Part shown: piece by piece, positions 1 through 9,200 of the stretch
How the letters are laid out: each line of letters starts with the position of its first letter
Position numbering within the stretch: position 1 is the stretch's first letter
From: an uncultured Rikenella sp.
GTDB lineage: Bacteria > Bacteroidota > Bacteroidia > Bacteroidales > VadinHA17
DNA: 64,000 nucleotides
Reading direction: 5' to 3'
Assembly: GCA_964635655.1 (NCBI GenBank)
Contig: CAZWOC010000004.1
Span: 29,521-93,520, forward strand
The notes under the pieces: generated by a model
What the model saw: only the letters and a program-made list of their open reading frames with translations
What the model was told of the DNA's origin: nothing
Databases searched by the model: none
Made by a program: the position numbers and the translations under genes

Positions 1-1513
1 TCACAGCTTTCGCCACCTTGTTGGCATTCACCAGGCCATGGGCAATTGCAACCTTCAGCTCTGCTCCCTCAAGGAACCTCCACTCTTCAGTTGTACCCTC
101 AATCTTAACCGTGGCTTCCTTTACCCCTTCCATTCCGCGGACAGGAGTGATATTCAGGTTTTTGAACGGCACCGGATTGCCGGTGACAAGCTCATATGCA
201 GTACGCAGTGCAGCCTCCATCACACCGCCGGTAGCACCGAAGATGACTGCGGCACCTGTTGATGTACCCATTATTGAGTCGTAATGCGACGGCTCAAGTG
301 AGCGGAAATCTATTCCGGCCTGCTTGATCATCACCGCCAGTTCACGTGTGGTGAGAACGAAGTCAATGTCCTTGTATCCGCTTGATCTCATCTCAGGCCT
401 GTCGGCTTCGTATTTCTTGGCTGTACAGGGCATTATTGAGACAGAAACCACTTTTGCAGGGTCCAGGTTGCGCTTCTGGGCATAGAATGTCTTGGCCAGG
501 GCACCGAACATCTGCTGGGGCGACTTGCACGTAGACAGGTTCGGGAGCATGTGCGGGTACTTGTGCTCAATGAATTTGATCCAGCCCGGAGAGCAGGAAG
601 TGAACATCGGCAAAGCCATGCTGTGGTCATTCTCAACCAGATTCTTCTTCAGCCTGGTCAGCAATTCGGTTCCTTCTTCAATAATTGTAAGGTCTGCTGT
701 AAAATCGGTATCCAGTACCGAGTCAAATCCCAGCTGACGCAGGGCAGTGACCATCTTGCCGGTCACCCTTTCACCCGGGTCATAGCCGAGATCCTCTCCA
801 AGGGCTACCCTTACAGCCGGGGCAGTCTGAACAACCACATGTTTGTCCTTGTCATAGATGGCATCCCAGACCTGATCGATATATGTCTTTTCCGTCAAAG
901 CACCCGTCGGGCAACGGTTGACGCATTGTCCGCAGTTGGTACACACTACATGGCTCATCGGTCTGTCATGGAACGATGAAATCTTCATATGAGCTCCCTT
1001 GTTAGCCACTGCTATTGCGGAAACATGCTGCAACTGGGCACATGTGCGCACACAGCGCTGGCACCTGATGCACTTGCTGTCGTCCTTCGTGAAGGAGGGT
1101 GAAGACCTGTCGATTGTATAGTTATGATCTTCAACCAGGTCAAGGAACAGGTGCTCACCGAATGCATACTCATTGGCCAGTGTCTGCAGTTCACACTTCT
1201 GGTTCTTGTAGCACTTTGTGCAATCAGCCCTGTGCTCCGAGAGAAGCAGTTCGACAATATGTTTCCTGGCGTTCCTTACCTTGAGCGAATTTGTATGTAT
1301 ATCCATCCCTTCGGATACCGGCATCGCGCATGCGGCAATCAATGTACGGGCTCCCTTCTGCTCAACCACGCATACACGGCAGTTGCCCGCCACACAAAGG
1401 TCGGGATGATTGCAAAGGGTGGGAATGATTACGCCCAGTTTTTTGGCAGCATCAAGTACTGTCGTCCCCTCTGCTACCTTTACTTCCTGATCATTTATAT
1501 TTAGAGTTACCAT
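1..1513 (-). CDS. hydA: [FeFe]-hydrogenase catalytic subunit (HydA-like); C-terminus cut by the window edge
   Basis: Absent from the supplied ORF track because it runs off the window. Hand translation of the minus strand from the ATG (complement of 1511-1513) gives MVTLNINDQEVKVAEGTTVLDAAKKLGVIIPTLCNHPDLCVAGNCRVCVV (2Fe-2S ferredoxin-like N-terminus). It continues with CIRCQRCVRTC and CTNCGQCVNRCP (4Fe-4S motifs) and the H-cluster motifs FTSCSPGW and MPCTAKKYE. All motifs are in the same frame (checked at 433 and 595). It lies 13 nt downstream of the NuoF-like gene. Confidence 0.85.
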   Translation of the reverse strand, partial: MVTLNINDQEVKVAEGTTVLDAAKKLGVIIPTLCNHPDLCVAGNCRVCVVEQKGARTLIAACAMPVSEGMDIHTNSLKVRNARKHIVELLLSEHRADCTKCYKNQKCELQTLANEYAFGEHLFLDLVEDHNYTIDRSSPSFTKDDSKCIRCQRCVRTCAQLQHVSAIAVANKGAHMKISSFHDRPMSHVVCTNCGQCVNRCPTGALTEKTYIDQVWDAIYDKDKHVVVQTAPAVRVALGEDLGYDPGERVTGKMVTALRQLGFDSVLDTDFTADLTIIEEGTELLTRLKKNLVENDHSMALPMFTSCSPGWIKFIEHKYPHMLPNLSTCKSPQQMFGALAKTFYAQKRNLDPAKVVSVSIMPCTAKKYEADRPEMRSSGYKDIDFVLTTRELAVMIKQAGIDFRSLEPSHYDSIMGTSTGAAVIFGATGGVMEAALRTAYELVTGNPVPFKNLNITPVRGMEGVKEATVKIEGTTEEWRFLEGAELKVAIAHGLVNANKVAKAV

Positions 1514-1526
1514 TTTTTTGCTTGTG

Positions 1527-2687
1527 TTAGTAAATTATCTCTTCCCTGAAATTCTCAACAATCGACCTGAAGGCGTTGCCAACCGACTGTCCGAGGCCGC
1601 ACTTGGAAGCTACCTTCATTGTGTCGGCAAGCTTTACAAGTTCATTCAGATATGTTGATTTTGCTTCGCCCTTCTTTACCTTCTCGACTCCTTTGAGAAG
1701 CTGCTGGCATCCTACGCGGCACGGTGTACACTGTCCGCATGACTCCTCGGAAAAGAAATCAAGGTAGTTATGCAGAACGTTATACATCGAACGTGAACTG
1801 TTGAAGAGTTTCATTGAACCACCTGTAGGCACTCCCTCGAATCCTATTATAGTGTCTTCGAACTTCTTGCGCGGGACGCAGAAGCCTGATGCTCCGCCCA
1901 CCTGTACCGCCTTTGTGTCACCGTCGCCGAACTCATTGACGAATTCCTGTACCGTCATGCCAAGCTCCAGTTCAAAAATCCCGGGTATGGGTGTGTCACC
2001 AGATATGGAGAAGACCTTTGATCCACGCGAATCCTTCGTACCCAGCTTCACATACTCCTGGGGCCCCCTGGCAATTATCATCATCGCGGTCACCAGTGTC
2101 TCCACATTATTTATTGATGTCGGCTTTGAGAACAGCCCGGAAGTTGTCGGGTAGGGCGGCTTGTTTCGCGGTTCACCGCGGAAACCCTCTATCGACTCGA
2201 AGAGAGCGCTCTCCTCACCGCAGATATAGGCACCACTTCCCATACGGTACTCGATGTTAAAGTCATAACCTATTTCGGAAATCATCTTGTGGAACTTGTG
2301 AAGCTCAAGGTAAAGCTGCGGCAACAGGAACCTGTATTCTCCGCGGAGGTAGATAAAACCTTTCTTTGCTCCCATGGCACGGCCGGCAATTGCCATACCG
2401 CCATACACCTTGTATACCACCCGGTCAAGTATCTCACGGTCCTTGAAGGTGCCGGGTTCTCCCTCATCGGCATTGCACACTATATATTTCTCGGGGTCCT
2501 TCTCCGCAGCAGTGAATTTCCACTTCATTCCGGTGGGGAACCCTGCCCCGCCACGGCCTTTGAGGCCCGATTCAAGTACCTGGCTGATGATTTCATCAGG
2601 TCCCATTGAGAAGGCTTTTGTCAGCACCTCTTTCGAATCTATACTCTCGAATATAAGATCAACCTTGGTCAGTCCTTTGCTTTTCAT
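1527..2687 (-). CDS. hydB: NuoF-like NAD(P)H/FMN-binding hydrogenase subunit (HydB-like), compact 386-aa form
   Basis: ORF track. Contains the GRGGAGFPTGMKW FMN/NADH motif and the C-terminal ESCGQCTPCRVG 4Fe-4S motif. Sits between the NuoE-like and HydA-like genes. Confidence 0.85.
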   Translation of the reverse strand: MKSKGLTKVDLIFESIDSKEVLTKAFSMGPDEIISQVLESGLKGRGGAGFPTGMKWKFTAAEKDPEKYIVCNADEGEPGTFKDREILDRVVYKVYGGMAIAGRAMGAKKGFIYLRGEYRFLLPQLYLELHKFHKMISEIGYDFNIEYRMGSGAYICGEESALFESIEGFRGEPRNKPPYPTTSGLFSKPTSINNVETLVTAMMIIARGPQEYVKLGTKDSRGSKVFSISGDTPIPGIFELELGMTVQEFVNEFGDGDTKAVQVGGASGFCVPRKKFEDTIIGFEGVPTGGSMKLFNSSRSMYNVLHNYLDFFSEESCGQCTPCRVGCQQLLKGVEKVKKGEAKSTYLNELVKLADTMKVASKCGLGQSVGNAFRSIVENFREEIIY

Positions 2688-2701
2688 TGCAGTGCCTCCT
2701 C

Positions 2702-3166
2702 TTATTTACGCATGTAACCTTTAATAACATCTATTACAGTCTCAGGTGTCAGATCAGTGTACGGCATGTCATTGACAAGCATCGCAGGAGCCTTGTGACA
2801 CCACCCGATACAGTTCGTCTCCAGCAGGGTGAACATCCTGTCAGGAGTGGTCTGACCTACCTTGATCTTGAGAATCTCCTCAAGAGTACTGATAATGTCA
2901 TTCTTTCCTTTCATTGAACATGTGATAGTCTTGCAAACCCTTATCACATTCTTCCCTCTCTCCTCGGTGTCAAGAAAAGTATAAAACGATGCCGTTCCGT
3001 AGACCTCTGCCGCCGAGATGTCAAGCTCGGTGGCAACCTCTACCATCGCCTCGTCTGTAAGATAATTGTGTTTCTTTACAATGTCCTGAAGGATCGGCAT
3101 GAGGCTCTCTCTCTTTCGCCCGTACTTTTCCGCCAGCTCCTTCACCATGTTACCGGTTTGATACAT
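2702..3166 (-). CDS. hydC: NuoE-like thioredoxin-fold [2Fe-2S] subunit (HydC-like)
   Basis: ORF track, 154 aa. Cysteine pattern CKTITC ... CIGWCHKAP is typical of the NuoE/HydC family. First gene of the operon. Confidence 0.8.
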   Translation of the reverse strand: MYQTGNMVKELAEKYGRKRESLMPILQDIVKKHNYLTDEAMVEVATELDISAAEVYGTASFYTFLDTEERGKNVIRVCKTITCSMKGKNDIISTLEEILKIKVGQTTPDRMFTLLETNCIGWCHKAPAMLVNDMPYTDLTPETVIDVIKGYMRK

Positions 3167-3435
3167 TTCTGTTTAGGTTTTAGTTGTTATTTCTTACTGA
3201 TAATATTACCAGGATTCCAAGTGTGAAAATAATAACAATAAACTTATAAAAAACCTTACATATGTCATGTTTTGTCAAATAAATGTTTTGAAACACCTGC
3301 TTCTCCTGTAGGTTTCACTTGCGCCAAACCCCACACTACACCTTCCGGAATGCCAATTAATCTACCCTTTTTGCCCGATTCGTCCACTATTATTTTGTAT
3401 TTTAAGCCATCTTTGTGTATAACAAAACAATTCAC

Positions 3436-4278
3436 ATGAAAACCAGCATTGAAGTAAGATATTCAGCTCATCCTGATGATGTTAAGCATTGGACCACCGA
3501 CCGGCTGCGGATGGAGCATCTTGTATCACCGGTTTTCCGGGACAATCTTGTAACAATGGTTTATTCGCTCTATGACCGAATGATTGCAGGCGGAGCCAAA
3601 CCAGCCGGCGAAGCCCTTAAGCTTGAACCTGTTGACGAGGTAAAAGCCGCCTTCTTCCTCCACAGACGCGAACTTGGCATTTTCAACGTCGGTGGGCCCG
3701 GAAGGATTACCGCCGGGGGAAAAGCCTGGGATCTGGGATACAAGGAAGCCCTGTATCTTGGCAGCGGCGACAGGGAGGTGATTTTTGAAAGTTCCGATGC
3801 CACAAATCCTGCACTCTTCTATTTCAATTCTGCACCTGCCCACCGCAACTACCCTGACCGCAAGGTGACAAAAAAGGAGTGCATAACCGCCGAGATGGGA
3901 TCGGCTGAAACAGCCAATCACAGGATCATCAACAAAATGCTTGTAAAGGAGGTTCTTGAAACATGCCAGCTTCAGATGGGCATGACCGAGCTGAAGCCCG
4001 GAAGCGTCTGGAACACAATGCCACCCCATACCCACGGTCGCCGCATGGAAGTCTACTTTTATTTTGAAGTACCTGATGACAGTGTTGTATGTCATTTCAT
4101 GGGCCAGCCAGATGAGACCAGGCATATCTGGATGAAAAACAACGAGGCGGTGATTTCACCCCAGTGGTCTATCCACTCAGCCACAGCAACTTCAAGCTAC
4201 ACATTCATCTGGGGTATGGCAGGTGAAAACCTCGATTACGGCGACCAGGATTTCCTGAAGCAGACTGATCTTCGATAG
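3436..4278 (+). CDS. kduI: 5-dehydro-4-deoxy-D-glucuronate isomerase (KduI), copy 1
   Basis: The ORF track starts at a GTG (3415). The ATG at 3436 (MKTSIEVRYSAHP...) aligns with the N-terminus of copy 2 (MKTIVEIRYAAHP...). KduI/IolB cupin family; followed by kduD. Confidence 0.85.
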   Translation: MKTSIEVRYSAHPDDVKHWTTDRLRMEHLVSPVFRDNLVTMVYSLYDRMIAGGAKPAGEALKLEPVDEVKAAFFLHRRELGIFNVGGPGRITAGGKAWDLGYKEALYLGSGDREVIFESSDATNPALFYFNSAPAHRNYPDRKVTKKECITAEMGSAETANHRIINKMLVKEVLETCQLQMGMTELKPGSVWNTMPPHTHGRRMEVYFYFEVPDDSVVCHFMGQPDETRHIWMKNNEAVISPQWSIHSATATSSYTFIWGMAGENLDYGDQDFLKQTDLR

Positions 4279-4306
4279 GAATGCAAAAACGATAAAGTGC
4301 AGTGAG

Positions 4307-5092
4307 ATGAACAGCAATCTTTTCAGACTCGACGGCAGGGTGGCACTGGTCACCGGCGCATCATACGGCATAGGAATGGCAATGGCAAAAGCACTGGCAG
4401 AGGCAGGGGCAACCATCGTGTTCAATGATCGCAATCCCGAAAGGGTGGCTGAAGCCCTCCCGGAATACAGAAAAAGCGGTATTGATGCCAGGGGTTATGT
4501 CTTCGACGTGACCGACGAAAAATCCGTCAGGGAGCATATTGAAAAAATCACCTCTGAGGTTGGCATGATTGACATCCTGGTCAACAATGCGGGCATTATA
4601 AAAAGAATACCTGCCCTGGAAATGGACGCCGCTGAATTCAGGGAGGTGATTGACATAGACCTGACCGGCCCGTTCATCATGTCAAAGGCAGTTGCGCCAG
4701 GGATGATCAGGAAAGGGGGCGGAAAGATCATCAATATTTGCTCAATGATGAGCGAGCTTGGTCGTGAGACTGTCTCTGCCTATGCATCTGCGAAGGGCGG
4801 ACTGAAGATGCTTACCCGCAACCTGGCATGCGAATGGGCCGAACACAACATCCAGGTGAACGGCATAGGGCCCGGATATATCGCAACACCCCAGACAGCG
4901 CCGCTGCGCACGGAAGGCCATCCGTTCAACTCATTCATTATCGGCCGCACCCCTGCGGCACGGTGGGGAACTCCTGAAGACCTTCAGGGACCCGTCGTCT
5001 TTCTGGCCTCCAATGCCTCCGATTTCGTCAACGGTCACATCCTGTACGTCGACGGCGGAATACTTGCATATATCGGCAAACAACCCAGGTAA
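4307..5092 (+). CDS. kduD: 2-dehydro-3-deoxy-D-gluconate 5-dehydrogenase / gluconate 5-dehydrogenase-type SDR (KduD), copy 1
   Basis: 261 aa. SDR motifs TGASYGIG and Y-x3-K (YASAKGG). Directly downstream of kduI. Confidence 0.8.
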   Translation: MNSNLFRLDGRVALVTGASYGIGMAMAKALAEAGATIVFNDRNPERVAEALPEYRKSGIDARGYVFDVTDEKSVREHIEKITSEVGMIDILVNNAGIIKRIPALEMDAAEFREVIDIDLTGPFIMSKAVAPGMIRKGGGKIINICSMMSELGRETVSAYASAKGGLKMLTRNLACEWAEHNIQVNGIGPGYIATPQTAPLRTEGHPFNSFIIGRTPAARWGTPEDLQGPVVFLASNASDFVNGHILYVDGGILAYIGKQPR

Positions 5093-5104
5093 AATAAAGA
5101 AACA

Positions 5105-6232
5105 ATGCAAAAGCTCTCTCTCTTCCTTATATCATTCCTGCTGCTTGCCGGGTGTACCGGTAACAGGGTGAAGGTCACAGTTGAAAATTCCCTTCAGACT
5201 GACAGGATAGCCGAGACGGTTGAGATACAATTCGGTGACATCACTGCCGTACTCGGGGAGATTGATCCTGCCGGCCTGGTAGTTTCTGACAGCAAAGGTG
5301 CCGAGGTACCCTCTCAGATAATCCGCGCCGGCCAGGCTGAACCTCAGTCACTGATATTCCAGGCGGATGTGAAGGCGGGCTCTTCCGCAAGATACTACAT
5401 CGCCCCGGGGACCCCGCAGAGTTATGAACCAAAGGCTTACGGCCGGTTCGTGCCGGAGAGGTATGATGACTATGCATGGGAGAATGACCGTATCGCCTTC
5501 CGCATTTACGGACCGGCTCTCATAGCCAAAGACGGTCCCAGCAACGGCCTCGACGTATGGATCAAACGCACCGGCAAATTGGTTATCGACAGGTGGTACG
5601 CCGACTACCTCGCAGGTAAGAACACGTATCATGATGACAACGGCGAAGGATGCGACTGTTACAAGGTCGGCCGCACACTGGGTGCAGGAGCTATGGCACC
5701 TTATGTTGATGACTCGCTCTGGCTGGCTATCAATTTCGAGACCTGGAAAACCCTCGATAACGGACCGATACGCACATCATTCCGGCTGACATACCCACCT
5801 TTCCCTGTCCGTGGCGTTATGGTGACGGAGACACGGACGATTTCACTTGATGCCGGCAGCCAGCTCACAAAAATCACTGAAGAATACTCAGGTATTGAAA
5901 ACGAATTTACCGTGGCGGCAGGAATAGTAAAAAGACCGGAAGGGTCTCCGCTCCTCTTCCCTCCAGAAAAGAATGCAATAGCATACAGGCTTGATGGCGG
6001 TGAGGGAGGCATAACCTACATCGGAACCGTACTCACAACACCTGCAACAGCGGTCAGGGACACGGCTGATCACACGCTGATCGTAACCAGGCACACTCCG
6101 GGGACACCCCTCACCTACTTTACCGGTGCCGGCTGGAGCAAATGGGGATTTGAGTCTGACGCGGCATGGACTGATTATATCGATGAATTCTCACAGAAAA
6201 TCAGTTCACCCCTGAAAGTCAGGATTGAATAA
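5105..6232 (+). CDS. DUF4861-family lipoprotein of unknown function
   Basis: 375 aa with a lipoprotein signal (LLLAGC). Family assignment is from memory of DUF4861 proteins next to kduI/kduD in Bacteroidota. It shares blocks with the ORF at 33039 (WENDRIAFRIY vs VENEWMGLRLY; CYKVGRTLGAGAM vs YYIVGETVGLGGV). Confidence 0.55.
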   Translation: MQKLSLFLISFLLLAGCTGNRVKVTVENSLQTDRIAETVEIQFGDITAVLGEIDPAGLVVSDSKGAEVPSQIIRAGQAEPQSLIFQADVKAGSSARYYIAPGTPQSYEPKAYGRFVPERYDDYAWENDRIAFRIYGPALIAKDGPSNGLDVWIKRTGKLVIDRWYADYLAGKNTYHDDNGEGCDCYKVGRTLGAGAMAPYVDDSLWLAINFETWKTLDNGPIRTSFRLTYPPFPVRGVMVTETRTISLDAGSQLTKITEEYSGIENEFTVAAGIVKRPEGSPLLFPPEKNAIAYRLDGGEGGITYIGTVLTTPATAVRDTADHTLIVTRHTPGTPLTYFTGAGWSKWGFESDAAWTDYIDEFSQKISSPLKVRIE

Positions 6233-6239
6233 CGGCAAA

Positions 6240-9200
6240 ATGCGAATCACCGCCCGTAATACGGTCCTTTTGCTGCTGATACTTACGGCACCATTCCCCA
6301 CAATTTACGGGCAGTTTAAAAGCGCATTCACCCACTATTCGGTAGAAGACGGCCTCTCAGAGGGAGTCGTCCTCACGATGCACCAGGACCATGAGGGACT
6401 CATGTGGTTCGGCACCTTTGACGGTCTGAACCGGTTCGACGGATACAGCTTCAAGGTTTACAAATCGGGGTTCAATTCTTCATACGGCCTTACAAACAAC
6501 CGTGTTGACCGGATCACTGAGGATGATCTGGGCTATCTCTGGATCATGAACAATGACGGTGAGGTATACCGTATGAACACACGCACCGAAGAGTTCATCA
6601 ATTTCAATGAAGTAAGCTCCGTCGGTCCCGGAAACTACACGCCGGTCAACCAGATCTATTGCTTCAGCGGAGGGGAGACATGGCTCCAGACAGAGGCGGG
6701 AACATGCATCAGGGTTATCTCCACGGCTTCCTCCCCGGAATACCGTATTGACAGGTTCGAATGCGGAAACGGCAATGAAACCAGGGCCAGGGTTAAACTC
6801 ATCAGCAGGGACAGCCGTGGCACAGTATGGATCCTGACCTCCGGAGGGCTCTTCAGCGTCAGAGGAGATGACAAGACGCCCCTGCCGGCACTGGCAGGCA
6901 ACAACCGCCCCGGAGTCAGCAACGGTTTCTTCTGCATCCATGAAGCCGGAGGCAGGTTATGGTTCGGCAGCGGAAACGGATCAATCATTGTGACCGATGA
7001 TGATGCAGCCATTTATGAAGAGATGAATCTCGGTGTCACATCCGACATAATAAGCATCAGGCCCCTCAACCAGCGCGAACTTATCATCCTTACGTCCGGC
7101 GACGGTTTCTTTATATATTCGCCTGTCACCGGCGAAAAGAAACAGTTTGATACCTCACGTTATCCCGTCATGCCAACCAACCGGATGGTTTCGGTATATG
7201 TTGACCGTTATGGTGAGGCATGGATCGAAACGGCCGCCGGCGGTGTGACACACTATGATCCTTTCTCCGGTACGGTCAGTCACTTCAGGATGAATGTCGA
7301 CAAGACCAACCCGAATGTACTGCTCCCCAGCTTCGTCATCTTTGAGGATGTCAATGACATGCTCTGGGTCTATCCGCGTGGAGGAGGATTTTCCCGCTAT
7401 AACCGTGTGGAGAGAAAGCTTGAATACTTCTTCAACGAGCCCGGCACTGCCGGCAGGCGGTTTCCTAACCTGATCCATTCGGCACTCTCTGACAACCAGG
7501 GAAACCTCTGGATGTGCACAATTACCCGAGGCATCGAGAAAGTTTCATTCTTCCCGAACCTGTTCAGGGTGATGAGCCCGAAGCCGGTGACTGCTTCCCA
7601 CTCTGAAAACGAGGTAAGGGCCATCTTCGAAGATAACAACAGGTTCCTCTGGGCGGCAACCCGCGATGGCAGGGTCTACCTCTTCGATCGTGAGAGAAAA
7701 ATGGTGGGATATCTCCGTGACAACGGCACCTTCACTTCCGGTGAACCATTCAAAGCCCTGGTGTATGTGATCACACAGGACAGCAGGGGAAACATCTGGA
7801 TGGGATCAAAGGGCGAAGGCCTCTTCAGGCTGGAACCTCTGGCGACAGGCCCCTCCCGGCGTTACCGTATCACCGGGTACCGGCATGACGATGCTGATCC
7901 CTACAGCCTCAGCCATGACAACGTATACTCAGTCCATGAAGACCCGGGCGGAAGAATATGGGTGGGGACATTCAACGGGGGGCTCAATTATATCTCTGAA
8001 GAAAACGGAAAGATAAGGTTCATCAACTCAAATAACAGGCTTGCCAGCTACCCCTATTCCAACCATAAGAGGGTGAGATACATCACTTCTGACAACCATG
8101 ACCGGATCTGGGTAGGTACAACAAGCGGCCTTGTTATTTTCAGCCGCAATTTCGGTGAGCCTGAAGAGGCAAAGTTCACCACCTGTTTCTTTGACCCGCA
8201 GTCTGAGACGAGCCTGGCAAACAATGATGTTCATTATATCTATTGTTCTCCTGATGATGAGATCTTTGTGGCTACATTCGGCGGAGGGTTGAACAGAGTG
8301 ATCGGCAACGGTGAAAAACCTGAATTCAAGTCCTATACCGTGAGGACGGGCGCCCCTGATGACGTGATCCTGAGCATCGTTGACGATCTGAACGGCAATC
8401 TGTGGCTCAGCAGTGAAAGGGGTATCCTCAAATTCAACAAGCAGGCAGAATCATTTGAGATCTACAGTGAGCAGAGCGGGGTTGAAAAGAGATACTTTTC
8501 CGAGGCAACAGGGCTCAGGACCAGCGACAATGAAATCATGTTCGGGTTTGACAGCGGCATCTACTGCTTCAATCCCGCACAGGTGCGAAAGGTTAACTAT
8601 GTCCCTCCCCTGTACTTCACCCGGCTGTCGGTGTCGGGAACCGATGTTCACACGGCTGGCGCAACACCCTCACCGGCTGGCGGAGAGGGCGATCAGACCA
8701 CCCTCGAACTGAAACCTGACCAGAAAAGCCTGACGATTGAGTATGCAGCCCTCGATTACCGCAACCCTAAAAACATACAATATGCTCACAGGCTCGAGGG
8801 AGTAGACCCAGACTGGATAATCGCCAGCGGTCAGAGAGTCGCTTCCTATACCAACCTTGACCCCGGCGTCTACCTTTTTAGCGTAAGGTCAACCAACTCC
8901 GACGGAATATGGGTCGACAACACCCGGACCATCAGTGTGACAGTCATGCCATCATTCTGGCAGACGCTGCTGGCAAAGATCCTTATTGTGCTCATCAGCG
9001 CCGCACTCATTGCCCTTGCCATCTATGTCATTTTCACGATGTACAAGCTTCGCCACAAGGTTGAGGTGGAGCAGATAATTACAAACCTGAAGCTTAAGTT
9101 TTTTACCGATATATCCCATGAGCTCCGCACCCCGCTTACGCTCATTTCTTCCCCGGTGACCAATATTTTGCAGCACAACAGTCTCGAACCGGAAGTGAGA

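Noticed and set aside
3415-3435. Upstream alternative starts proposed by the ORF track (GTG 3415 for kduI; likewise TTG 6225 for the HTCS, TTG 58805 for the FKBP, 49135 for the SDR, 51269 for pdxB)
   Set aside because: In each case a downstream ATG aligns with the paralogue or orthologue N-terminus, or yields a proper signal peptide. The extension would also overlap the upstream gene or a predicted -7 promoter box.
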